Assembly (NCBI GenBank): GCA_963799775.1
Contig: CAWCYD010000002.1
Location: forward strand, 256,001 to 320,000
Source of the DNA: an uncultured archaeon
GTDB lineage: Archaea; Thermoproteota; Nitrososphaeria; Nitrososphaerales; Gagatemarchaeaceae
Reading direction: 5' to 3'
Length of the DNA stretch: 64,000 bases
Shown here: piece after piece, positions 41,218 to 51,076 of the stretch
Numbering within the stretch: the first letter of the stretch is position 1
Layout: the number at the start of each line of letters is the position of its first letter
The notes under the pieces: model-generated
Seen by the model: only the letters and a program-made list of their open reading frames with translations
Database searches by the model: none
What the model was told of the DNA's origin: nothing
Position numbers and translations under genes: made by a program

Positions 41218-41336
41218 GATGACCTGAACGTCGGGACCGTCCCGGCCATCCTTAAGAGTTAGCCAGAAGAAAGTTCGCCCCGTCAGCTCATTCGCAAAGC
41301 TCTTCCGTCCCGCCTTATCTGGGAAGGGCGAGGACC

Positions 41337-42052
41337 ATGCCATCGTTGGGCTTCTTTGTGGGGGTCTCGGGCTTCAGCTACGCGAGCTGGAGGGGCAGGT
41401 TCTATCCCAAGGAGATGAAGGGCGAGGAGTTCCTAGCTTTCTACTCCAAGCACATGAACAGCGTCGAGATCAACCGCTCGTTCTATGCCATGCCCAAGGA
41501 GTCGACCGTGAGCAGTTGGGCCGAGAAAACAAGCGAGGACTTCAAGTTCGCGTTCAAGGCCCCGCAGCAGATCACTCACATCCTGAAACTGGGCGCGGGC
41601 TCAGCTGAGGCCGCAGAGAGGCTCTGGAAGGTCATGGACGCCCTCGGTCCGAGGAAGCTGCCCCGTCCTCTTTCAGCTGCCTCCCTACTCGAAGCATGGA
41701 CCTCAAGCGCCTTGAGGAGTTCCTTGCCCAGACCTCGACAGTCGAGGATAGGGTCTTCGAGTTCAGGCACGAATCATGGTTGGCGGAACCGACCTTCGCG
41801 CTTCTCGACAGGCACGACGCCGGCTTTTGCGTGGCCGAGACCGAGGATCTGGAGCCGGTCCTAAAGGCGACTGGAGGCTTCGCATATTTTCGGCTCCGGA
41901 AGGACTCCTACGACGAAAAAGGCGTCGACGCCTGGGCGAAGAAGATCAAGGGGCTAGCTGCGGGCTCAAGAGAGTGCCACGTCTACCTCCGCCACGACGA
42001 GACGGGTGAGAACGCGGTCCTGGCTCAGAGGCTCTCAGCGAAACTCAAATGA
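41337..42052 (+). CDS. DUF72 family protein (frameshifted)
   Basis: VGVSGFSY..W...FYP, VEINRSFY, FKAPQQITH, EFRHESW, YFRL. Confidence 0.9.
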
Positions 42053-42063
42053 CGACGGCAGGC

Positions 42064-42713
42064 CTAGGGCCTTCTGCCTTCTAGCCAAGGGGCGAGGTCC
42101 TTCCTCAGCGTCGCCAAGGACGTGAACCTGAAGGCCCACCTGATGCCGAAGCTCCGCGCCCCATCGACGTTCGCCTCCTTGTCATCGATGAAGACGACCT
42201 CTGAGGGAACCGCGCCGATCTCTCCAGGGCCCTCCTGAAGGCCAGAGCTTCGGGCTTGACGCTCCCCAGTTCGCATGAGCAGAGGAACCCGTCGAAGAGC
42301 CTGTCCCACTTCTTCCTCCGAACAAGGCTTGCATGCGGGGGAGAGGTGTTCGAGAAGAGGTAGACCAGGAAGCCCGTGTTCCTCAATGTCTCTACGAGCC
42401 TCACGGTGCCGGCACTGAACTTCACGAGCCGCTCGAAGGGCCTGGTCCAGAGCTCATCGGGAGAGTCTCCCTCCTTCAAGTGTTTCCCAAACTTCGCCAG
42501 GGCATGGGCAAGATACTCATCCATAGAGAGCTTGCCAGACTCGAGCCTCAGGAGAGAGGATTCAAGGGCGACCCTCATTTCTTCTCGGGGGACTCCGTAT
42601 CTCTTGGCGACGTAGTCAAAGATGGGGTTGTTGTTCTTCCACTTGATCACGACGCCTCCAAAGTCGAAGATGAAGACCGGGAGTCTAGCGCTTTTCTTCC
42701 CCCTCGAGCCCAT
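42064..42713 (-). CDS. HAD family phosphatase (frameshifted)
   Basis: FDFGGV, FSNT, KP and FIDD motifs. Confidence 0.85.
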
Positions 42714-42851
42714 GCTCCGGCACCCGCGAGTTGCGGTTATAGTCTTGCGCGCGCCCACCGCTGGATATTCCTAAATGGCATAAAGTGAATAGTTGATTAT
42801 TATTATTTTATTCCTTGTGCTTAAATTGTTCTGGAAAACTGGTAGTCCAGT

Positions 42852-44270
42852 TTGAACAACAGAAACGTCGCGGTGGCAGGCGTCGGGGTCCTTGTCATAC
42901 TGGTTGTCGGAATATTCATCATCGCGGCCCCAGGCGCCCAGAAATCCTCAAGCTCCTTGTCTTCGTCGAGCTCGCCTAGCTCTTCAAGCTCCTCGGTCTT
43001 GTCAAGTTCGTCCACGCCGCCGAGCTCGTCGTCATCGTCGAGTTCGAGCTCCCTTACCTCTTCTTCATCCAACTCATCCTCCACCCCGAGCTCTTCGTCC
43101 TCAACGTCAAGCTCCTCGTCGTCGAGCACGCCCAGCACGACGACCACTACTTCCAGCTCGTCCAGCTCCTCAAAGTCCTTGACCTCGTCCAGCTCGTCGA
43201 GCAGCTCGACCACGACCTCCGCAAACGGTTACTACTTCCTGGTCTTCACGCAGAAGGGGGTCGCCGAGCTGACATCGACGGACGGGACCGTCCTCGGGTA
43301 CACCCGCCTCTTCAACATCTCTGACAGCGTCCCGGCGCAGGCATACTACTGGGAGGGCTACCCCGTGCAGGGGGCGGGACAGTCCAACATGTTGGTTCCT
43401 CTCAACAACGGGACCGTCGTGGTGGTGAACTCGACCCAGATGAAAGTGACGCAGAGGTTGAGCATGGGGGTAGCTACCGGGTTCATCGGAGTCGCAATAT
43501 CCCCCAACGAGCAGTACGCCGCGATCGCTGACGGACCCTCCGGGTTGGTCGAGGTCTTCAACCTGGCCACGCTCCAAGGGGTCTGGCAGCACCTCTTCGA
43601 TCAGCCCAGCGGCGTGACCGCATTCCCTTGCGACATCAGGTGGTCGCCCGACGGTAGCACCATCGTGATCCCGATGAAGAACAACGGCACGGTGGACGTG
43701 ATCAGCGGGACAACCGGAAGCATTGTGGCTACCGCCTCTCTGCCCATCGCCTCGCAGCCGTTCATGCTCTCGGTCAACGCCCAGGGAAACATGTTGGCTG
43801 TGGAGCTCTCCGGCAACAAGACCGACGTCTTCTACTCCTACCCCAACCTGCAGCCGCTGGGCAGGACGAGTTTCCCAATCTCGACCTTCAGCCCGACCCG
43901 CGGCGTCTTCACTCTTGACGGCAAATACTACCTGGAAGCCTCTAGCTCTACAAACGTCATCGAGGTCGTCTCGACGAGCAACTTCGCCGTTGTGAACACA
44001 ATCAATCTCCCAGCGTCGTCGGCCCCGGGGCTGGCCGATATGGAGATCACCCCTGACGGCTTGAACGCCTACGTTGTGGAACACGGTACCCCGGCCACGG
44101 GCGGGATAGTCTATCTCGTCTCGCTGGCGACCGTCATGACGGCATCAGGGCCGTCGGGCAGCATCCCCCTCACCACCGCCCCGGCTTTCGCGATCCCGAT
44201 TTCGATACAGTTCGGGACTTACCTCGCGGACAACGTACTCCTACCACCTGTTACAGGGTTGCACTGTTAG
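42852..44270 (+). CDS. Membrane-anchored YncE-like beta-propeller with Ser-rich stalk (paralog 1)
   Basis: TM helix, poly-Ser stalk, repeated ISPN/WSPDG/ITPDG blades. Confidence 0.8.
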   Translation: MNNRNVAVAGVGVLVILVVGIFIIAAPGAQKSSSSLSSSSSPSSSSSSVLSSSSTPPSSSSSSSSSSLTSSSSNSSSTPSSSSSTSSSSSSSTPSTTTTTSSSSSSSKSLTSSSSSSSSTTTSANGYYFLVFTQKGVAELTSTDGTVLGYTRLFNISDSVPAQAYYWEGYPVQGAGQSNMLVPLNNGTVVVVNSTQMKVTQRLSMGVATGFIGVAISPNEQYAAIADGPSGLVEVFNLATLQGVWQHLFDQPSGVTAFPCDIRWSPDGSTIVIPMKNNGTVDVISGTTGSIVATASLPIASQPFMLSVNAQGNMLAVELSGNKTDVFYSYPNLQPLGRTSFPISTFSPTRGVFTLDGKYYLEASSSTNVIEVVSTSNFAVVNTINLPASSAPGLADMEITPDGLNAYVVEHGTPATGGIVYLVSLATVMTASGPSGSIPLTTAPAFAIPISIQFGTYLADNVLLPPVTGLHC

Positions 44271-44516
44271 AGAAGTGCGGAAATGCGGGAACAGGAACCG
44301 CTGAAACGGACTCACCCCACGTTATTTTAGCTCGCAGGGATGAGCGAAAGTGGAGTGTGTATGCGAACCATCAGCCCAAGCGCCTGCGCTCCGCAATGGA
44401 CGGTCATAGTATTATGCAGCCCTACTGGTTGATATTCCCTATTGGCATAATGAATAGTTTATTATTATTATTTTATTCATGGCGCTTAAATTGCTCCAAA
44501 AACTGGGAGAATCTGC

Positions 44517-45983
44517 TTGAACAACAGAAGTGTAGCTGTGGCCGCCGCCAGAATCTTGATTATTAATGTCCGCAAGCCCTCCCGTAGGAAGTCGGGCAAG
44601 CCGGGAATCGCGACCTCGATCGCTGCTGGACTCATCCTCGTGATACTTGTCGTCGCTGGAGCTACCGTTCTGTACACCACCACAAGGCCCGCCACCACGG
44701 TGACAGCCACTTCTGTCTCAACTTCCACGGCTACTGCTACTTCAGTATCCACAGCCACGTCAATATCGACGGCTACTTCAGTATCCACAGCCACGTCAAT
44801 ATCGACGGCTACGTCAATATCGACAGCCACTTCGACTGCTACTTCGGTCTCCACAGTCACCGCAACGTCAACGTCGACCGCAACCAGCACGACTACGGTC
44901 ACCGCGAGCACGACCGTGCAGAACAACGGCTATGATTTCCTGGTCTTCTCTCAGAAGGGCTACGCCGAGCTGGCATCACCCGCTCCCACCCTCTCGGGTC
45001 TGGGGAGCCTTGGGTACGCCACCCCATACAGCATCCCTACCAGCAACCCTATCCAGACGGACTACTGGGAGAGGTACCCTGTACAAGGCGCGGGGCAGTC
45101 CAACTTCGTCGTCCCACTCACCAACGGGACGATTGAGGTTGTCAACGGGATGACCCTGAAGGTGGCTGAGAGGCTGAGCGTAGGTACAACCACCGGATTC
45201 GTCGGTGTCTTCATCTCTCCCAACGAGCAGTTGGCAGCGATTGTCGACGGTCCTACGGGCGTCGTGACGGTCGTCAACCTGGTAACGCTAAAGACCGCGT
45301 GGACGCAGACCTTCCTCACCTCGACGGGGGTGACGCAGTACCCGTGCGACATTTACTGGTCGCCCGATAGTGCTAGCCTGGCGGTCCCGATGAGGATGAA
45401 CGGCGCAATAGACGCCATCAATTCGACGACAGGCGTCATTACGGCGACCGCCAACGTTCCCGTCGCCGCTGATCCAGTCATGCTGACCGTCAGTCCCGCG
45501 GGCAACCTGTTGGGCGTCGAGCTAGGCAACAAGACAGACGTCTTCTATTCGTTCCCATCCATGACGTACCTGGCCCACGTTAACTTCCCCATCTCGACCT
45601 TCGTCCCCGTCGAGGGGCTTTTCACCCCGAACCAGGCGTACTTCTTAGAGGTCTCGAGCGCCACGAACGTCGTGGAAGTCATCTCCATGAACAACTTCGC
45701 TATTGTTAACACCATCGACCTCCCTGCCTCGGCATCCCCCGGACTGTCGTCGATCAACATCACTCCGGATGGGAACAACGCGTACGTCGTGATGCACGGG
45801 CACCCGGCCACCGGCGGGATAATCTATCTGTTATCGCTCGCGAACGTCGCCACGGAGACAGGGCCGTCGGGCAGCATAGCGCTCTCCACCTCAATCGGGA
45901 CTGTCATCCCGATAACGTCGCAGTATGCGACCTACCTGGAGGACTACGTGCTCTTGCCTCCAGTCGCGGGTCAACAGGGTTAA
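44517..45983 (+). CDS. Membrane-anchored YncE-like beta-propeller with Thr/Ser repeat stalk (paralog 2)
   Basis: Collinear with paralog 1 (YWE.YPVQGAGQSN, PCDI.WSPD, HG.PATGGI). Confidence 0.8.
   Translation: MNNRSVAVAAARILIINVRKPSRRKSGKPGIATSIAAGLILVILVVAGATVLYTTTRPATTVTATSVSTSTATATSVSTATSISTATSVSTATSISTATSISTATSTATSVSTVTATSTSTATSTTTVTASTTVQNNGYDFLVFSQKGYAELASPAPTLSGLGSLGYATPYSIPTSNPIQTDYWERYPVQGAGQSNFVVPLTNGTIEVVNGMTLKVAERLSVGTTTGFVGVFISPNEQLAAIVDGPTGVVTVVNLVTLKTAWTQTFLTSTGVTQYPCDIYWSPDSASLAVPMRMNGAIDAINSTTGVITATANVPVAADPVMLTVSPAGNLLGVELGNKTDVFYSFPSMTYLAHVNFPISTFVPVEGLFTPNQAYFLEVSSATNVVEVISMNNFAIVNTIDLPASASPGLSSINITPDGNNAYVVMHGHPATGGIIYLLSLANVATETGPSGSIALSTSIGTVIPITSQYATYLEDYVLLPPVAGQQG
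44736..44807 (+). repeat. Two exact 36-bp tandem units within a coding ATS(V/I)ST repeat
   Basis: GCTACTTCAGTATCCACAGCCACGTCAATATCGACG x2, in frame. Confidence 0.85.
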
Positions 45984-46914
45984 GAACCGAGGGCGCCTTG
46001 GATTGAAGGCTCTCAATCCACTCCTGTTCGTCCTCCTGTTCTTCGACGCCACCTGTCTCGCCCCGGTCGTCATGACGGGCTTGAGGGTCGTCGACATATG
46101 GTACTCGCCCATTGCGAACACGGGCCAGGCATCATTCCTGTACCCCTTCTTGGAATTCGTCGCTGTCTGCGTCGCGGTCAACGTCCTGGCTTTCCTTGGG
46201 CTGCGGAGGCTGGACTGGGGCCGCTTCATCCCTCTGGACGGGGCGATCGGGATCAGGTCGATGGTCAGAGCGGTGCTCGCAGACAGGATGGGGCGGGCCA
46301 TACTGTCGGTCTTCGTTCCCCTCTACTTCCTCTCGTTCCTAGTGAGCAGCGGCCAGTTGCTGGTCCCGAACTTGAACATAAGCTCCTACTTCCTAGGCTT
46401 GACCCACATTGTCTTCAAGGCCGTCGGCGTCCCACTGATAGGGGCGCTCGCCTTGAACCTCGACGTGATGGCGGTGGGGGTCGCTAACCTCTTCTTCCTC
46501 TCGCTCTCCCTCGTGTTGGGCTATTATGTCGTGACGCTGGTCTACACCTCCCAATCGAGCGCGAGCTTGGGCGTGCCGGGGTCTACGCGCCTGATTGCGA
46601 CCCAGACGGCAGGAGGATTGCTCGCGACCTCGGTCCCTGCGCTCGCGACCTCTGCGGCCATATGTTGCCTCACTCCCACCGGAGTGAACTCGCTACTCTA
46701 CCTGGTCTCCGCCTCTTCTTCTTTCTTGAGCAAGAAGGTGCTCTTCGGCTACGGGACTATCTCGGGCGTCTTCTGGTTGGGGGGACTTTTCCAAGGAGTC
46801 GAGCTGTTCTCGACGGTCATCCTGGGAGTGGCTCTGCTTGGGCTGTCCGTCTACCAAGTCAGGAAACTGTCTAGGACCGTTGCACAGCGGAGGGTCCTGA
46901 CACTGAGCTCCTAG
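45925..46914 (+). CDS. Polytopic membrane protein with intramembrane CC motif (true start probably near 46000)
   Basis: Several TM helices; SAAICCLTP. Confidence 0.7.
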   Translation: MRPTWRTTCSCLQSRVNRVKNRGRLGLKALNPLLFVLLFFDATCLAPVVMTGLRVVDIWYSPIANTGQASFLYPFLEFVAVCVAVNVLAFLGLRRLDWGRFIPLDGAIGIRSMVRAVLADRMGRAILSVFVPLYFLSFLVSSGQLLVPNLNISSYFLGLTHIVFKAVGVPLIGALALNLDVMAVGVANLFFLSLSLVLGYYVVTLVYTSQSSASLGVPGSTRLIATQTAGGLLATSVPALATSAAICCLTPTGVNSLLYLVSASSSFLSKKVLFGYGTISGVFWLGGLFQGVELFSTVILGVALLGLSVYQVRKLSRTVAQRRVLTLSS

Positions 46915-47579
46915 CCTCTTGATTGAGAGGATTGCGTCGAGGCTTCTAGGACCTTCGCCGCGAAGGCCTCTTCGCTCGGTGCGCCGTCGAACTGAAGCCT
47001 GTCATTTATGACCGTCCGGGGCACCCCCACCACGTTGTACCTCTTGGCGAGCTCTGGGAACTCCACCGTATCGACCATGAGGGCGCGTATCATAGGGTTC
47101 TCGAGGGCGAACCGATGCGCGGAACGGACCACGAGAGGCGAGTATGGGCAGAAGGTCGTGACGAAGACCATTATGATTGTCGGCGCGGTAACGCGCCTGA
47201 TTATGCTCCGGGTCTGTTCGTCCATCTGCGTCCCGCCACGAGAAGCATTGATTATGTCCTCCACAAGGCACTTTAGCTGACGTCCCGCGGGCATCCCGAC
47301 GAAGTGCAGCGTCGCCCCGTTGGAAGCGACGATGACAGTCGTGGGCACCAAGTCAACTCCCATCGCCTTCCCCCTTGCTCTCTCTTCGTCGTTGTCTAGG
47401 ACATCGAGTTTGACCTTGTCTGAAATCGACGATACCTCCTCTAGCAGCTTCCTCGTCCGGTCGCAGTACTGGCATCCATCCTTCGAAGTGAAGAGTACGA
47501 CCTTGACATCCCCCTCCAGGCCGGTGCGGAAGATCCGCTCAATCTCGGCTCTGTCCTCCTTCCCGATCAAGGCGGTCAT
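46911..47579 (-). CDS. Protein disulfide oxidoreductase (double thioredoxin fold)
   Basis: CQYC at site 1, CPYS at site 2, VVGVP cis-Pro motif. Confidence 0.85.
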   Translation of the reverse strand: MTALIGKEDRAEIERIFRTGLEGDVKVVLFTSKDGCQYCDRTRKLLEEVSSISDKVKLDVLDNDEERARGKAMGVDLVPTTVIVASNGATLHFVGMPAGRQLKCLVEDIINASRGGTQMDEQTRSIIRRVTAPTIIMVFVTTFCPYSPLVVRSAHRFALENPMIRALMVDTVEFPELAKRYNVVGVPRTVINDRLQFDGAPSEEAFAAKVLEASTQSSQSRG

Positions 47580-47635
47580 GGCCTAGCGCCAGCGCGGCCG
47601 CCGCATGATGTGCATATCGAGAGGCTGGGACTAGC

Positions 47636-48316
47636 TCATGCGGTGCGTGCGAGCGCAGCCTTCACCTTGTGGTCTATGTCCGCGATCTTCTCCAAGCGCT
47701 CCACGAACTCCCCCAGCTTCTTCGCGTTCAACGTGACGACTATCTCTGATTCGGGATATCCCGACCTGGTCCTGCTCGCCGTGCATCCAAGGCCTATCAC
47801 CACGTCGCCCTCGTTCGCGAGCGGCAGGCCCTGGCAGGTCGGCTTGACCGTGACCTTGCTGTCGGGAGCGGCTTCCTTGATCAGTGCCGCCTGCTGGGAA
47901 TCGGCGAAGAGAAGCACGACGTCAGGGACGAACGGGACTTCGTCCAGCGGGCCGTACCCGATGTTCCGCTGCGCTTCGAGAGGCAGCGCCGGCAGGCCGA
48001 GGATGTCGCTCTTCCCGATCCAACCCACGCTCGAGAGGAGGTCGATATCAGCCAGCCCGGCGCCTGGGAGCGTGTCCTTCGCGAGCCTGTACCCGTGGGT
48101 GACTGCGCCCACCGAGCAGTGCTGGTGCTGGTCAGGCGTGGTGTAGAACGCGCTGTCAAGGGCCTTGGTCCAGAAGACGCAGCTCGACTCGACGACGTCG
48201 GTCGACCTCTTGAGTTTGGTCACGTCGGGGCTGAATGTCACGGCTACGATAGGCTTTGAAAGGCCCAGGGCGGTCTCAAGCCGCTTTCCAAGGATGTTGT
48301 AATCGGATGTTACCAA
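47636..48316 (-). CDS. DUF169 family protein
   Basis: L.L.KPIVAV, SCVFW, HCSVGA, YGPL..PDVV, PTC, GC..SR. Confidence 0.75.
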   Translation of the reverse strand: MVTSDYNILGKRLETALGLSKPIVAVTFSPDVTKLKRSTDVVESSCVFWTKALDSAFYTTPDQHQHCSVGAVTHGYRLAKDTLPGAGLADIDLLSSVGWIGKSDILGLPALPLEAQRNIGYGPLDEVPFVPDVVLLFADSQQAALIKEAAPDSKVTVKPTCQGLPLANEGDVVIGLGCTASRTRSGYPESEIVVTLNAKKLGEFVERLEKIADIDHKVKAALARTA

Positions 48317-48363
48317 TTCACTCGAAACCGGCCTCCGAGCGGGTATTAACCTTGAGGAATTCT

Positions 48364-49144
48364 CTATTCCTGCGCTGTGCCGGGACGGCCCTTGCCTTCC
48401 CCGATTTGTCTGATGTATTCGGTCACGACCAACTTCTCGACTGCCCTCCCCGACCTGAAGGCCTCGGGGTCTGCCCGAATGCGCTCCTCCGATCTTGACG
48501 GCTCGATCCCTCTCTCGGCGCACTTCATCCTCGCGACCTCTAGGGCCGTCGCTTTGTCTAGCGGCGGGAACTCGATGGGGTACAGCCTGTCCTTCAAGGC
48601 GTTGTCCAGAAGCTGGAACTTGTTCGTCGTCATTATCAGTGCTGTCTGGGCCGTGTCGAGGTCGTCGATCTGGTGAAAGAGTATGTTGTTCTGGGCGACG
48701 TGCCAGCTCTCTCCCTTCATCCAGTCTCTGTCCGGGAAGACTGACTCGGCGTCGTCGATGAGGATCAGCGACCTCTTCTTCCTTGCCTCCGCGAACACCT
48801 TGACTATCTGGCGCTCGGACTGGCCGTAGAGCTCTCTCGCGATGACCGATCCGTCGACAAAGAAGAGCGAGAGTTGGAGCTCCTTTGCGAGCACTCGGGC
48901 CATCAGGGTCTTCCCGTTCCCGGGTTCCCCGTAGAAGATGAATCCCTTGATGCCCTTCAGGGTGCGGTTTCCCAGTTGGTGCGAGATGACGTTCCTGGCT
49001 TCCGTGTAGATCCGGTGGAACTTCTCCCCTTTGCAGTTCTTCAATGACTCTGGGATGTCCTTCCATGATGTCTCAAGGCTGTCTCGTCTGGAGCTCGAGT
49101 CTGCTCGCGTTGCGACTACCTCTTTCGGCCGTTCCTCCTTGGCA
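48364..49144 (-). CDS. AAA+ ATPase (5' end uncertain)
   Basis: GEPGNGKT, ILIDDAE, TTN, DNALKDR. Confidence 0.85.
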
Positions 49145-49243
49145 CGTTATAAGCGATGAACGGCCCTCGAGCGGATATTCCCCTCAGTGACATTTTATGA
49201 AGGGCGTTTATTAGCCGGCTTCATCACGCGCCTCATCAAGGTC

Positions 49244-49507
49244 ATGACACTCTCTTCGGAGTCGGAACGTCCGCTGTGGGCGAAGGCAGACTTCTCGGTC
49301 GACGTCACGGGCGAGAGCTGTCCCATACCGGAGCTGACCGCCGCGAAGAAGCTGAAAGAGATGCCAGACGCCAAGGTCCTTGAAGTGCTCACCGACCATC
49401 AGGCGTCAGTGGACGTAACCCTTCCAGACCTCGCAAGAGGCAAGGGATACCCTTTCTACTCGGAGAAGAGCGGCGACCTATATCGAGTCTTCATAGCAAA
49501 GCGGTGA
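49244..49507 (+). CDS. TusA/SirA family sulfur carrier
   Basis: DVTGESCPIP...VLEVLTDH. Confidence 0.88.
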   Translation: MTLSSESERPLWAKADFSVDVTGESCPIPELTAAKKLKEMPDAKVLEVLTDHQASVDVTLPDLARGKGYPFYSEKSGDLYRVFIAKR

Positions 49508-49511
49508 GCCG

Positions 49512-50771
49512 ATGCCTGCTCCCACGATGCTGCCCGAGCACGTGCTCCCCTTCGGCTACGTCTTCGTCTATGCGGCCTTCGGCGTAAGCGGCTTCATCTT
49601 GGGGTGGGTGGCACAACGGGGAAACTACTGCTTCGTGAACGCGATGTCCTCCGTGTTCACGACCAGGAGCTACGATAGGTTCGGGGCGCTCCTCATCCTC
49701 TTTGGGGGGTCCGCACTCGCGACGGGGTTGTTGGTAGTCGCGGGCGTGGTCCCTGCTGTCGACCAATACTATGACAACTACTTCTCAGGCTGGTACATCT
49801 TGGTCGGCGCCGTGGTCTTCGGCTTCGGCGCCACGATGGCCGGGGGGTGCAACCTCTCGATGTTGTACAGGGCGGCTAGCGGTTACGTCCAGAACTGGCT
49901 GGAGCTCGTGGGGATGATGGTCGGGACTTACCTCTTCGCCGTGTTGGTGTGGCCGTTCCAGTCGCTCACCATGCAGAACGGGATTCTCTCCACGACAATG
50001 GGCGCCTACAAGGAATATCTCCCGTACGACCTCTTCCACTCCGTCTCGGCGACCACGGTGGGCGTCACGGCCCTGCTGGTCGGGGTGCCCTTGATCGCTG
50101 CGGGGTTCTACCTCCAGTCCAAGACGCGCTCCCGACGATTGCTAGAGACAGCCGGCTCGCCGATATCCGGCCTCCCGATGCCGATGGCGTCCCTCTCCCG
50201 CCAGGCCAGCGTGGGCCCGCTTCCATCCATCGGGTCCCCAACGCCTGGACGCAGCCTCGGTGGGGCCAAGGAGATCCTGCTCCTAAGGCGACCATACGGC
50301 GCCAACCTCTCAACGCTATTGCTCGGCGGGTCGCTACTGCTTGTGTTCGTGGCTGGGGCGGGTTACACGTTCAACTATCTCGTGATCACTTCGTCCGATG
50401 GGGGGAGGTTCCTAGAGTACATTCTGATGCCCTTCGGCGTGAACCTGGCACTGGGCACGCCCTGGTATGACAACGCTCTCCCGATCGTCGACCCAAGCGT
50501 CCTCATGGTGGTGATGCTCATAGTGGGCGCGTTCCTTGCCAGCTACCTGAGCAAGGACTTCAAGGTAAGGATCCCGCGACAGAGGAAGAGGCTCGCCATC
50601 GGGTTCGGCGGCGGCATTCTGGTCGGACTCGGTGTGAGGACCGCTCTCGGCTGCAACGTAGGCCTCATGTGGACCAACTTCGCCCAGCTGGGCTATGACG
50701 GGATGCTCTTCCTTCCGTCGATGCTCTTCGGCGTCTGGATCGCGGTCAAGGTCCAAAGGAGGCTCGTATGA
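49512..50771 (+). CDS. YeeE/YedE family thiosulfate/sulfur transporter
   Basis: QRGNYCF, GATMAGGC and ALGCN conserved Cys loops; coupled to TusA. Confidence 0.88.
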   Translation: MPAPTMLPEHVLPFGYVFVYAAFGVSGFILGWVAQRGNYCFVNAMSSVFTTRSYDRFGALLILFGGSALATGLLVVAGVVPAVDQYYDNYFSGWYILVGAVVFGFGATMAGGCNLSMLYRAASGYVQNWLELVGMMVGTYLFAVLVWPFQSLTMQNGILSTTMGAYKEYLPYDLFHSVSATTVGVTALLVGVPLIAAGFYLQSKTRSRRLLETAGSPISGLPMPMASLSRQASVGPLPSIGSPTPGRSLGGAKEILLLRRPYGANLSTLLLGGSLLLVFVAGAGYTFNYLVITSSDGGRFLEYILMPFGVNLALGTPWYDNALPIVDPSVLMVVMLIVGAFLASYLSKDFKVRIPRQRKRLAIGFGGGILVGLGVRTALGCNVGLMWTNFAQLGYDGMLFLPSMLFGVWIAVKVQRRLV

Positions 50772-51076
50772 CCACTCAAGCGGTTTCCACGAGGGAGAGC
50801 TACCTCCGACTGGTCGCGCCCATCGTGCTGGTGCTCTTCGTGGTGGGGTGGTATCAGTTCTCTCTAGTCTACATTCAAGGGGCGGACAACCAGCTGGTTG
50901 CAGGCGGAAACCTCGGGGTCTACGTCCCTGTCCAGCAGGTCCAGGGCTATCTCGACGCCCTTCTCTACGCGACATACGTCGGCGCCGCCCTGGGCCTTGT
51001 CGTCTTCTTCTACAACCTGGCCAAAGTCCTCGGAACCCGTTCCCGCCGCGGTTTAGCCAAGCACGCTCAGGGCTAA
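50768..51076 (+). CDS. Small two-TM protein
   Basis: ATGA overlap with the YeeE gene; two TM helices. Confidence 0.6.
   Translation: MTTQAVSTRESYLRLVAPIVLVLFVVGWYQFSLVYIQGADNQLVAGGNLGVYVPVQQVQGYLDALLYATYVGAALGLVVFFYNLAKVLGTRSRRGLAKHAQG

Noticed and set aside
44700-44900. Tandem 36-bp and 18-bp repeats as a CRISPR array
   Set aside because: No unique spacers; the units are in frame and encode a Thr/Ser stalk.
47636-49066. 476-aa ORF overlapping the AAA ATPase
   Set aside because: Only the last about 226 codons look like DUF169. The rest is an alternative-frame shadow of the ATPase in GC-rich DNA.
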